Positions 1 to 10,633 of a stretch of DNA of 64,000 nucleotides are shown piece after piece. Every line of letters starts with the position of its first letter. The stretch's first letter is position 1. The stretch spans positions 61,628,001-61,692,000 of the forward strand of contig NW_027362765.1 of the NCBI RefSeq assembly GCF_046119375.1, written 5' to 3'. The position numbers and the translations under genes were made by a program. The notes below the pieces were generated by a model. That model saw nothing but the letters and a program-made list of their open reading frames with translations, was not told the DNA's origin and ran no database searches. This stretch comes from Phyllobates terribilis (Eukaryota).

Positions 1-218
1 AAATTACTAGAAACACATAATTATTTACAGGATATGGCCGCTCTCAGTCCTCGGCCAGTGGGGATAAGGAATGGCTGCTCACAGTCCTCAGCCTGGTTTA
101 AGATAGGGGCACATGGGGAACAATTCACTAATCCCAACGGGGACCATATTTTAATTAGCAGCAGTCCTTGTACCCTTACGGGTAACTATTTACAGCTCTT
201 TATTCACGCTACTTCCCT

Positions 219-620
219 TCAGTAGCTATGTCCTCTTTGTGCTCCCTCCTGAGGGTAGTCCTCAGACCCGTCCGGGTCCTCTTGGCTTTCCTCGTATTGG
301 TAGTACTGCAGCTCCTCCTCGGTTAGCTGGGTTAGTATCTCTGCGACAGTCCTCCTCCCAGGTGGCCAGGACTTTACCTCCCTTTGGGCTGCCCCGGTTA
401 ATTGGGCCACCAGGATGCTCACTTTTTGCTCTTCTGTGAGGGGGTACACCTGGAAGAGGCTATCCAGCTTTTCTTTAAAGTCATTCAGGGTATATGACTC
501 CCCTGAGTACTGGGGTAGCCAGGCTGCTCCCGGGATATAGGGCATGGTGAAAGGCATGACTGCAGCAGCGGTGGCGCTGGCGGGGGTTGAGGCAGTGAAG
601 CTCTCCTCCGTATCCGACAT
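219..620 (-). CDS. Truncated Gag (N-terminal about 98 aa) fused to a 35-aa acidic, Tyr-rich tail
   Basis: ATG-started ORF. MPYIPGAAWLPQYSGE...VYPLTEEQKVSILVAQLTGAAQREVKSW aligns with the gag of elements C and D. Confidence 0.7.
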   Translation of the reverse strand: MSDTEESFTASTPASATAAAVMPFTMPYIPGAAWLPQYSGESYTLNDFKEKLDSLFQVYPLTEEQKVSILVAQLTGAAQREVKSWPPGRRTVAEILTQLTEEELQYYQYEESQEDPDGSEDYPQEGAQRGHSY

Positions 621-1038
621 CTTTCTCCCCCTCTAGTGGACCGTGGCCTACCTTGCGATGATCCTCTTCCGTAGGCCGCGGCTCCGCAGTGGATCGTCAG
701 GGTTGAGGACCTTCCGTCGCGCTCCTGTGACGTCGGCGTCTGCTGGGCTCCTTCCAGGACCTTACGCAACGTCTGGACGTGAGGCGGGGCTTCAGTTCTC
801 GCGCGCTTTTGGAGTCCACGCCCCTCTTCTTCCCGCGCGGCGTCTTCAAGATGGCGTCCAACGGCGGGAAAACTCCACGGAAGGCGGGAAGAAGGCTGAA
901 AATGGCGCCGGATGGCGGGAATCTTCACCGATGGCGGGAAGAAGGCTGAAGATGGCGCCGGATGGCGGGAATCTTCACCACTGGTAAGTTTGAACAGTCT
1001 TTTTCAGGCACGCAGTACCCGGTGGTTGCGGGCACGAG

Positions 1039-1056
1039 ATCCTGCCGACTACGCCA
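1039..1056 (-). promoter_or_regulatory. Primer-binding site, tRNA-Ser(AGA/UGA type)
   Basis: TGGCGTAGTCGGCAGGAT lies 5 nt after the LTR's CA end and is complementary to the recalled vertebrate tRNA-Ser 3' end (ATCCTGCCGACTACGCCA). Confidence 0.85.
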
Positions 1057-1061
1057 AAAGT

Positions 1062-2131
1062 TGACGCACCCCTGGGCCTGTGTCGCGCAGCGTTGCGCAC
1101 GCGGGAGCTTACCCGGAGCCGGATCTGTTGAAGGTTGTAGTCTCGTGGCGGTGACCCGGTCCGTGCCCAGGGAGTCAGACTAAGTGGCGCTGTATTAGCG
1201 GTAGATGATGGACGACTACGCCACCCGTTGAATGCAGCTATGGAGCTGCCGCTGCAGGGCAGACCGCTGAGGCCGGTGGAAGGATGGTGCAGCGTGGATG
1301 GTATAACCCCCAACGGGAGGGGTATGGCCTCAGGGCAGCCGACGTGGATGATGGGGGTAGCAGGAACCACTCAGAGACGATGCGGTGTAGTTCAGGGTCT
1401 TTACTGGTGACAAAGATAGACCCTCCCGGAGTACTGGCTAGCGGTTGGGGCCTGGTCAGTCCTTGAGCAGATGGGATCTCCCCTGGCCAGGCGGAGTTGT
1501 AGGCCTCCCAAACTAACGATACTCTTCTGGCTACCTTGCTAGAAGCGAGTATAAGTAGCCCACGTCCCTGAGTGTACCGTGTGGTGCTCACCCGTATGGC
1601 CGGTGACTCGGGGCCTTCTAGTAGCTTCCGCTCCACGACGGCGGTGCTGGTCCCATGCGTGTGACCGTGCCTTCGGGTTTCTTGGCCAGAGGACCTGAAA
1701 TCCCCTGCCTGACGGATTCTGCTGCTGGGTAGGAGTTAGTCCCCACAGCCTCGGACTCCGGGTCCGGTAAGAAATCTTCTCAGTCAGGGCGAGCTCTGCA
1801 GCTGCCAGCCCCTGACTCCTTGTAACACTGCTCCCACAGAGCTCCTGTTGTTTCTTCCCATAGCTGCTTCTCTTCTCTGTCTCTACTTCTGGCATGGCCC
1901 AGGAGCTGGGCCCAGCCGGAGCCACAGCTCCCTGTCAGCCCTCCTGGCTGAACTCTCCCTCTGAACTCTCTAACCCTGCCTCAGCCCCAGGTTTATATAG
2001 GGGAAGTTCTTCCCCTCCCAGGACTGGGCAGGAGGTGTGGCATGCATAGGATTCCTGACCAAGAGACCTCCCACCTGCTCTCAGACATAACATTGCCGTT
2101 ACTGTGGAAACCAGACCCCTGGGGTGCCACA
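1062..2131 (-). repeat. 5' LTR of element A (1070 bp)
   Basis: TG/CA termini, TATA box (CCTATATAAA, about 1991-2000), AGTAAA at about 1400, followed by the PBS. Confidence 0.85.
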
Positions 2132-2929
2132 ACGGTGCAAACCTGTTCGTGGCCCTACGCTGAGGCGAGCTCACACACGTGCCTTGCATGGCTCAAGTAA
2201 TCAACCTAGTGATACAGCAATTTCTCAGCCACTATCCCGGCCTGGATGAGCTGCGTCAGAAAGTACGGAAGCTGTGTGCCGTTGTTCTCACCCCTCATGT
2301 CATCGACTTGCATCGATACAGAGGTCTTTCTCCATGCCAGTTAATAGGTTGATATGCGATGTGCCGACGTTGTGGAATTCCACTCTGCACATGTTGCAGC
2401 GACTGTGTCAGCAGCAACAAGCCCTGATGCAATGTGTCATGTCGTGTAGCCTGGGTCAACGCAGTATGGACGTGGGGCATATCACGTTTACGGAGTGGGA
2501 ACAGATTAAAGACCTCTGCACCCTTCCGCACAGTTTTGAAACAGTTTTGAAACTAACATAGTTAGCGCTGACGATGCCGTCATCAGCATCACTATTTCGG
2601 TCATCTACATGCTGGAGCAGACTTTGAATAGCGTGTGGCACGAGGTGGTTGTCCCAGAAGAAGAGGAGGATGCGGAAGGGATAAGAATGTCTCAAAGTTC
2701 CAGACTGTCGTCACACAGGCGGATGCCAAGTGACAGTGGATTCCTGGGACAGAGGGGGTTTGGTGATACCATACATACTGTTAGTGAAGGTGCAAGAGCC
2801 GAGGAACAAATGGAGGAGGAAGAGGTGATGGGCGAGCAACAGTCAGAAGATGAAGACGATAATCATCGCCTATCTGTTGAACGTGGTTGGCAGGAGGGAA
2901 CGGAGGAAACAAACATAAGTGTTACGTAG
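2132..2929 (+). pseudogene. hAT-family transposase fragment (central region)
   Basis: Motif ICDVPTLWNSTLHMLQRL resembles the hAT D(V/T)xTRWNS motif. The reading frame is broken by stops. Confidence 0.75.
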
Positions 2930-2996
2930 TCAACAATAGAGCCTGGCTTTGGACCTCCCGGAAGAGCCCGACATGAGTGCCTTCTTGATGCCACAT

Positions 2997-4580
2997 TGTT
3001 ACGCACACGCCCGGACTGACTGGCGTGAGAGTGGTTAGTGATCCCACTGGACCATGAACCGAGGAGTGCCTGAAGGGGCGAAAACTAAGTATCAACTCGG
3101 TCCGACCAAGGTCACACGGTGGCTCAGTCGACTCCGTGAACCAGGGAGGAACCGAGCAGAGGGACCAGGTGCTACTCCAGGTCAGACCCTGGTCACAGTT
3201 GTTGACCAACACAGGGGAATGTAGGAACGAGCAGGCACAGCTGGTTTGCAGAAAGGAGGATACTGGCAGGCACAGCTGGTATTCAGACAGGCGGGTACTG
3301 GCAGGCACGGCTGGTATGCAGGCTGGCAGATACTGGTAGGTAGGAATGCAGGCTGGATAGGAACCAGTACAGACTGGGATACAGGAACAGAGCCGCGGGA
3401 GCGGTGGACTAGCAGAGCAGAACCGCAGGCACGGAGGACAAGCAGAGCAGAGCAAAACCGCAGGTGCGGTGGACAAGCAGAGCAGAGCAAAACCGCAGGT
3501 GCGGTGGACAAGCAGAGCAGAGCAAAACCGCAGGTGCGGTGGACAAGCAGAGCAGAGCGAAACCGCAGGTGCGGTGGACAAGCAGAGCAGAGTGAAACCG
3601 CAGGTGCGGTGCATAAGCAGAGCAAAGCGAAACCGCAGGTGCGGTGGACAAGCAGAGCAGAGCAAAATCCCCGGTGCGGTGGACAAGCAGAGTGAAACCG
3701 CCAGTGCGGTGGACAAGCAGAGCAGAGCGAAACCGCAGGTGTGGTGGACAAGCAGAGCAGAGCAAAACCGCAGGTGCGGTGGACAAGCAGAGCAGAGTGA
3801 AACTGCAGGTGCGGTGGACAAGCAGAGCAAAGCGAAACTGCAGGTGCGGTAGACAAGCAGAGCAGAGCAAAACCGCAGGTGCGGTGGGCAAGCAGGGCAG
3901 AACAGAGCAGAAGGCGCAGGCAGACAGGACAGGGCTCTGTTCACATGGAATAGACTGGAAAATACAGGAAGATAGTTAGAACACAGGAGGTAGATACGGA
4001 GGCAGGGAAACGGGACAAGCAGAACCAGATACACACAAGGTACTTACAATGAAGTAGCGAGTGTACACAAAACTCACAAACAGAAGTACAGAGACAACGA
4101 GTTGGAGTTAGGTGCAGGTTCAGACACTGCAGGAAAAGGGCAGGTACGAACATAGAGACAAACAAGTAACGGGCTAGGACACAGTTCGGACAGGAACTGA
4201 ACAAGATACAGGAACGAGCCTGGGAACTCAGCCCCCAGGGTGGCGGAAACAGTCTAGAAGTTACAGATACAGATAACAGGCCTGGGTATACAGCCCCCAG
4301 GGTGTCGGAACAGACTAGAAGTCACAGATACAGATAATGGGCCTGGGTATACAGCGCCCAGGGTGGCGGAACAGACTAGACACAGGACAGGACCTGGCAA
4401 CTCAGTTGCACAGAACACACTGAAAGAAAGTGTTGCTCAGGCCCCTCCTACTGGGTGGAGGGGGTTTAAGTATCCAGTGACTCACAACAATAGGCTGGGG
4501 ACGCATTAGGAGTGCGCACACAGAAACTATAAGAATCAGGCTGTAACCGCGCCGCCGCCCTAAGCAATCAGACAAGAGAC
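2997..4580. mobile_element. Probable solo LTR of an unrelated family, inserted into the hAT transposase
   Basis: Begins TGTTACG and ends ...CAGACA (approximate). It interrupts hAT coding sequence and contains internal 35-bp and about 60-bp tandem repeats. No clean TSD was found. Confidence 0.5.
3400..3895. repeat. 35-bp minisatellite, about 14 copies
   Basis: Unit GCGGTGGACAAGCAGAGCAGAGCAAAACCGCAGGT. Confidence 0.95.
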
Positions 4581-4584
4581 ATGC

Positions 4585-5192
4585 ACAAGAGTACATTTTT
4601 CCAGATGCTTCCCGTCCTGGAAAGGGACCTGCTAATGTTGGAGTATCAAAACAAGCTTTCAAGCAACCTTAATAGAGCTTTTCCCTAAGATAGGAGTGAG
4701 GCACACAATGTGCATCCCAGATGTAGTCTTTCAACCTCTGGCACGTCAGTTCGTCAATACCAGAACATTACCAACAGCAGCAGAGTAAGTGGCAGAAGCA
4801 ATTTCTGTGAGTCCTTTCACACATTTTTTAGACCAGCTCGTGCACCAGGACAACAGAGTAGAAGTCTGACACGTGGTGAACGACTGGAGAGGATGGTGGA
4901 GGAGTATCTTGAGCTCAATATGAATACCATCAGGGAGGATTTGGACCCTATTACATTTTGGTCTTCAAAAATGGATGAATGGCCTGAGCTCGCCTGTCAC
5001 GCCTTGGAGGTTTTATCATGCCCGGCAGCCAGCGTTCTCTTACAACGTGTCTTCAGCACTGCTGGTGGTGTCTTGACGGATAAGTGCAGCCGGCTGTCCC
5101 ATGAAAGTGTATACCGCCTAACTGTCATTAAGATGAACATGTCATGGATCTCCAAGGACTTTTATACCCCAATTACAGACTGTACAGACTAG
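4585..5192 (+). pseudogene. hAT transposase C-terminal dimerization region
   Basis: DPITFWSSKMDEWPELACHALEVLSCPAASVLLQRVFSTAGGVLTDKCSRL is a typical hATC motif. Confidence 0.85.
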
Positions 5193-5234
5193 GCTATGTT
5201 GTAGTTTTTAGTGTGCTGCATCAATCTTGTGGAA

Positions 5235-5790
5235 AAAAGGAGTGAAGGAGTGCAATTCAAGATATTTTAATCAAGTGGTAATATATTATTTTTCACAGCT
5301 TATTTCTAGAGCCGTAAGTTGCGCTGCACTTTACTTAAGTTAGGCAGGGTACCTTCAAACTACACTTTGTATGTGTACCATTATGCCCTATGGGATGTGT
5401 AATTACTATCTGTCTCTTTGTGGTTTCATGTTTTACAATCTCTGTGGTTTGTAGACAAATATGGTCATTTGTGATCATTTCAATATATAAATGATATGGA
5501 CTGATACTATATTACTGTGTTTACTACCACAACCTGTGAACTAATGATTGTATACCATCAAGTGCATGATTGTATGTAACATGCATTGACCTCTTTTTGT
5601 ATCCACCTCTGGCTCTAGAAATAAGCTGTGAAAAATAATATATTACCACTTGATTAAAATATCTTGAATTGCACTCCTTCTCTCCTCTTTTTTCATTTTC
5701 CTTTTTTGTTATCCATTTCTGGAGTTTATGTGCCTGGTGACTACCTGTCCCCTAGACACATTTCATGGATTGTATGGAAATTTTATATTG
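5235..5790. mobile_element. Insertion with a 70-bp inverted repeat and 11-bp target-site duplication (Penelope-like structure)
   Basis: Positions 5244-5313 are the reverse complement of 5611-5680. ATCTTGTGGAA occurs at 5224-5234 and again at 5791-5801. Confidence 0.6.
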
Positions 5791-5859
5791 ATCTTGTGGA
5801 ATTGCTGGTCCTGATATGGCTTCTGTGCCTACACTTGCTGCTGCTGCTGCAGGTTTTAG

Positions 5860-6770
5860 GCCCTAAATTTTTGAAATGTGGAGAATCCAGATTGGGTCAC
5901 TCTATCTATTAAGTTGGCTGTAGTGGAAGAGGTGTTGTTCCTAATTCTACAATTTCTACTCTACTGAAATTGATGCCACTTTGCTGGTGTTAGGCCCTAA
6001 TTTAGGGGAAAATGAACACTCCAGATTAGGTCTCCATCTCCAGGGTTGGCTGTAGTGGAAGAGGTGTCGTTCCTAATTTTACAATTTCTACTGTACTGAA
6101 ACTGATGCCACTTTGCTGGTGTCTGCCACTAATTTTTAGAATTGTGGGGAATCCTGATTGGGTCTCCATCTACTGGGTTGGCTGTAGGGGAACAAGTGTC
6201 GGTCCTAATTATACTATTTATATTTTAATGAAATTGATTCCACTTTGGTTGTTTTAGGCCCAAATGTTTTCAAATGTGAACACTCCTGATTGGGTCTCCA
6301 TCCTACTAGGTTGGCTGTAGGGGAAGAGGTGTCGTTCCTAATTGTACAATTTCTACTGTAGTGAAATTGATGCCACTTTGTTGGTGTCTGCCACAAATTT
6401 TTGGAAATGTGGGGAATCCTGATTGGGTTTCCATCTACTTGGTTGGCCGTAGGGGAAGAAGTGTCGGTCCTAATTATACTATTTCTACTGTAGTGAAATT
6501 TATGCCACTTCGGTAAGAAATGAGTAGTCTGGATCGTGTGCTCGCGATTCAGGACGAAATCTGTGACATCGCTGTGGAATCCCTGACAAGTCTTCATTGG
6601 GTCTCCATCTACTGGGTTAGTTGTAGGAGAAGAGGTGTCGTTCCTAATTCTACAATTTCTACTGTACTGAAGTTGATTCCACTTCGGTTGTGTTAGGCTC
6701 TAATTTAGGGAAATGTGAACACTCCTGATTGGGTCTCCATCTGCTGGGTTGGCTGTAGTGGAAGGGCTTT
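5860..6770. repeat. Degenerate tandem repeat of about 120 bp (7-8 copies), hAT-associated
   Basis: Recurring GGTTGGCTGTAG(T/G)GGAAGAGGTGTCGTTCCTAATT...ATTTCTACTGTA...GATTGGGTCTCCATCT. Confidence 0.9.
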
Positions 6771-7082
6771 TTGTCTCCTTTACAATAGTTATACTCTAGT
6801 GAAATTCATTTTTTGGTGCAGATATTGTTCTCTACACAGGGGTACAGACATGATAAACTCAATTGGTATACAAAGCAGGCTACATCTCCGCTTAAAATTA
6901 TTTGGGGCAAATATTGTTCTACATACGGGGGGGGTGGAAGGTTGGGTCCAAGCAGCTCCCTGACCTTTGACTGTACTGTGCTGTCAGGGCAAGAGGAGGA
7001 GGGTGACTCTGAGGGCGAGGAATGGGATAACATATTGGATGATGATGAGGTACATCCAACTTGGTGTGAACCCAGAGGCACG

Positions 7083-8139
7083 TGTGGCGCCCTGCTGTGC
7101 ACAGGTACCACACAACCCAAAAGGGTGCATGGACGGACTTCTCCACAAGAGGCCCTCACTTCATACACCTCCACCCTTCCACCTCAGACCACCAGAGGGA
7201 GCCCTGTTAGGGATATATATATACTGGAGGGTGGAGTTAGGTAGTCAGAGTGTGCTGACGCTAGGAGATCAGTGAAGATGCAGCACGCTGGCTGCTGTGC
7301 TTAGGCGAGCCAAGGCCTACAGCATGAGTTGAAGCCTGAGGGGCCCCGAGTGTGGCCGGAGGCAAGGAGGAGAAGAGAGAGGAGTTGAGGGGGCAGAGGA
7401 GAATCACAGGCTCACCCCAGGAAATGAACCAGACACCGGGTCCGCGCCTACAGGGTCCTTTATACCCAGTAGGGATCACCGGCATACCAGGAGGACTACA
7501 AGTCCCTGGTCGACCTGAAGCTAAACCTATTACAGAACTAGGAACCACGAAGGCCCCGGCATCCAGGGATAGTGGTTGCCAGAAAAAGGTCCTACTACCA
7601 AGCGACAGGTGAAGGAACAGCACAACACAAAAGCTAGGCCCAGTTGCAGGCTGGCCAGGAGCTTAGAGAGAGGGAGACATGGACCAGGAGGCCTTATACC
7701 CGCTCACTGGGGAGAAGTCCTGAAGTGCACCCTTCCTACCGAGTACCCTGGACCGTACCTGACATCTGCACCAGTAAAGGTATTGAAGCGAATCCCCTGT
7801 CTCTGTCAGTTACTCCTGCTGCGCCATCCCGACTGCACCACAAGTCCCAGCATCACCACCCACCATCAAACTCTACACTGCCCTGAGGCCCGCTCCACCT
7901 GTGGGGAGCTGTTCCATCCTAGCTGCCTATCAACTGCCTCAGAGGTCTGCAGCAGCACTGGTACAAATTACCAAAGACCACAGGTGGCGTCACGATCAAA
8001 CTACAAATCCCATATGAACTATCCCCTTTTTTTGTTGACCGCCCTGGGCCACGGACCGGGCTAGCCACTGTGACATATCCCCCCCCCCAGCATCCATAGG
8101 CCCGGACGCCGAGTACCCCACTGCCCTGGGGGCGCGTCA
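7083..8139 (+). repeat. 5' LTR of element B (1057 bp)
   Basis: TGTGGCGCCC...GGCGCGTCA; matches 10634-11247 plus 19164-19288. Confidence 0.92.
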
Positions 8140-8144
8140 ACTTC

Positions 8145-8163
8145 TGGCGTCACGAGCAGGATT
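8145..8163 (+). promoter_or_regulatory. Primer-binding site, tRNA-Ser(CGA type)
   Basis: TGGCGTCACGAGCAGGATT matches the recalled tRNA-Ser(CGA) 3' end AATCCTGTTCGTGACGCCA at 18 of 19 positions. Confidence 0.75.
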
Positions 8164-8461
8164 TCGTGCCCGTTGCCACCGGGTACTGTGTGCCGTAATT
8201 GAACTGTGTTTGTACTGTGGTGAACATCGCCGCCATTACCGCGCCGCCGCGTGGGATGAAGAGGGGCATAACTGTGGGAACCAGTGGGGCATGACTGTAG
8301 GATGCGTGCGAAGCCCAGGCCTCGCCTTGCGCCTTGACGCCAAACCAGGAAGCGTCAGGTCCTAGAAAGAGACCGTTGTCAAGCGCACGCTCTGACGTCT
8401 GCCGCGAGGGAGACGCAAGGTCCTGGAAGAGATTGAACTACCTGCTTTCCACAGAAATGGG

Positions 8462-10192
8462 ATGGTCCACGAGCAGCGCACCTCCAGAAGGTATCGTGGT
8501 AAGACACTAAACCCTTTACCTCATCACAGCTGGAAGGAGACCCAGGACAGTGACCCGGTTGTCAGCCTCATCAAAGGACTGATAACCCAGGAAGGTTCTT
8601 ACCTGGAGAAGGATGCTCCTCCACAAGCTAAGCAACTGTGGAATGAGAGAAGCCAGCTGTTCATCTACAAAGAGAAGCTGTGCAGAAGGTATGTCAACCC
8701 CAAGACCCCTGAAATGGTGTGGCAGATTGTTGTACCCAGGACAGATATCCAGATGGTGTTAGAGGCCTACCACGACCAGGCAGGTCATTTTTGCTGGAAG
8801 AAGCTGGAAACCCTGCTGAAGGACCGGTTCTATTGGGTTGGAATGCGGAGTTCCATAGAAAGGTGGTGCCGGAATTGTGGACCCTGTAGCCTCAGAAGGA
8901 AAGACTACGGCAGCCAGAAAGCACCCTTGCAGTCCATCAAAACAACCCAACCCTTGGAGATTGTCGCTCTGGATCGCGTCAAATTGTCACCCAGCAGATC
9001 AGGTTTCTCCTATGCACTAACCATGGTGGATCATTATTCCCGGTTCCTGGTGATAGCCCCTGTCAAGGATCTGACAGCAGAAACTGCAGCAAGAACGTTC
9101 CAAGCATACTTCTGCAGGCCCCATGGATACCCGGACAAAGTGCTGACGGATCAAGGCCCTGCCTTCGAAGCCGAGCTGTTTAAAGAATTCTGTCATCTGT
9201 ATGGGTGCAAGAAGATCCGGACTACGCCGTATCACCCTCAGACCAATGGTTTGTGTGAGAAAATGAACAACATCGTCATAGACCTGCTGAAAACCTTACC
9301 CTTGGAAGAAAGGAACCAGTGGCCAGACAAACTACCTGACCTGGTAGATCTGTACAATCACATACATGTTAGTTCTACTAATTGTACCCCAGTATACCTC
9401 ATGAGAGCAAGACCCGGAAAGTTGCCCATGGACCTGGAACTCGGAGTGGTAGAACCTGAAGCAGATATGTCCACTGAAGACTGGGATACAAATCGACAAG
9501 AGCAGTACAGGAGAGTACAGGCCTGTGTCGAAGACAGTCTAAACAGAGTAAGGGAAAAACAAGAAGAACAGTACAATAAACATGCACCAGCAGAACCCTT
9601 GGCACCTGGAGAAATAGTGCTAAAGCGGAAAAGGAGAGGTCACAAGCTCGATGACCAGTGGGAAAGAGAGCCCTACACTGTGCTAAACTCCAGATTTGAC
9701 AACAGTAAAACCTGCCTGATCACTAAGGATGGAGGTAAGACCACCACAACAGTCTCAAGAGACCACTTGAAGGTGTGCCCAGGTCTACTGAAGACAACAG
9801 AGGAAGAAGTACCTCCGATAGCACCGGAAGAACCCAAGGAAGAAGTGCTTCATACAGTTCTAGGAGATTTCCCTGTGGACTGGCCTCAACTCGATGGAGC
9901 AGTTATAATACCGGTAATACACTTCTATCAGCAGCCAGAAGAACCTGTAAGCGCCCTGGAAAAGCCTGCTCAGGAACAGGAAGAGTCACCAGTAAGAGGA
10001 GAAGCACCAGTTGAAGCAGAGCCTGGAGGCCCAGTAATCAGTGTACTTGCCAGTCCCATAGAGAGATTAAGGCAGTTCTATGATTCACCTACACAAAGAC
10101 CTGATAGGCTAATAGACACTAGTAACACCCCAGTGCTACGTAGGTCAACACGCAGCACACAAGGACAAATCCCTGCCAGGTTTAGGGATTAA
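8462..10192 (+). CDS. Gypsy integrase, uninterrupted 576-aa ORF
   Basis: HHCC zinc motif (YHDQAGHF...CRNCGPC), D-D-35-E core (ALD / LTDQG / CEKMN), RRSTR...P tail. Confidence 0.8.
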   Translation: MVHEQRTSRRYRGKTLNPLPHHSWKETQDSDPVVSLIKGLITQEGSYLEKDAPPQAKQLWNERSQLFIYKEKLCRRYVNPKTPEMVWQIVVPRTDIQMVLEAYHDQAGHFCWKKLETLLKDRFYWVGMRSSIERWCRNCGPCSLRRKDYGSQKAPLQSIKTTQPLEIVALDRVKLSPSRSGFSYALTMVDHYSRFLVIAPVKDLTAETAARTFQAYFCRPHGYPDKVLTDQGPAFEAELFKEFCHLYGCKKIRTTPYHPQTNGLCEKMNNIVIDLLKTLPLEERNQWPDKLPDLVDLYNHIHVSSTNCTPVYLMRARPGKLPMDLELGVVEPEADMSTEDWDTNRQEQYRRVQACVEDSLNRVREKQEEQYNKHAPAEPLAPGEIVLKRKRRGHKLDDQWEREPYTVLNSRFDNSKTCLITKDGGKTTTTVSRDHLKVCPGLLKTTEEEVPPIAPEEPKEEVLHTVLGDFPVDWPQLDGAVIIPVIHFYQQPEEPVSALEKPAQEQEESPVRGEAPVEAEPGGPVISVLASPIERLRQFYDSPTQRPDRLIDTSNTPVLRRSTRSTQGQIPARFRD

Positions 10193-10623
10193 GCACAAAG
10201 TGCCTACATTATAAATAGTTACCCAGTTGGGTATTGCCTATTATTTATTGTATAAACTGAAATTAATGTGTGCCTGTAGTTACCCGGGAGGGTATAAAGA
10301 CTTGTAGGCTGAGGACTGTGAGCAGCCAAAAACTGTCCCTGTAAATAGTTGCACTCATCAAAAGTGCCCCTCTTATTTGACCACTGAACAAAAACCCGTT
10401 TGGCGTGGCCGAAGACGTGGTCCAGCACCTGGATCACTTATACCCTGTAGCCACGCCCAGGGCCTACGTTGAGGGTTTTCAGGCGGGTCCCTCATGTTCT
10501 TTCTTTGGTGAAATGGACACCTGGTTACGGGACTTACTGTAACTTAATTATTGCTATTGTAATTATACTTGTTATTGTTGTACCTGTTACAAAATGCTTC
10601 AGTCCGGAAGTACTGAGTTGTAC

Positions 10624-10633
10624 TAGGGGGGAA
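10624..10633 (+). promoter_or_regulatory. Polypurine tract of element B
   Basis: TAGGGGGGAA immediately before the TGTGG start of the 3' LTR. Confidence 0.85.

Larger units (their letters stand above)
1..2131 (-). mobile_element. Non-autonomous Ty3/Gypsy element A (5' LTR, PBS, leader, mini-gag, 3' UTR; continues left of the window)
   Basis: LTR with TG...CA ends (TGTGGCACCCC...GGGGTGCGTCA), tRNA-Ser PBS, gag-like ORF. The 3' UTR motif AGGCTGAGGACTGTGAGCAGCC is shared with element B (about 10306-10327). Confidence 0.85.

Noticed and set aside
1039-1056. tRNA-Ser gene
   Set aside because: Only the 3' 18-19 nt including CCA are present next to LTRs; these are primer-binding sites, not tRNA genes.
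3400-3895. CRISPR-like array (35-bp palindromic repeats)
   Set aside because: Units are head-to-tail with no unique spacers, there are no cas genes, and the context is eukaryotic. The same applies to the 31-bp and 90-bp arrays.
2922-4034. 370-aa Cys-rich ORF and overlapping ORFs
   Set aside because: Translation of the 35-bp minisatellite, open in most frames.
6813-7082. Acidic peptide EEEGDSEGEEWDNILDDDEVHPTW as a host exon
   Set aside because: No splice support; more likely a hAT transposase N-terminal remnant cut by element B, but too short to call.
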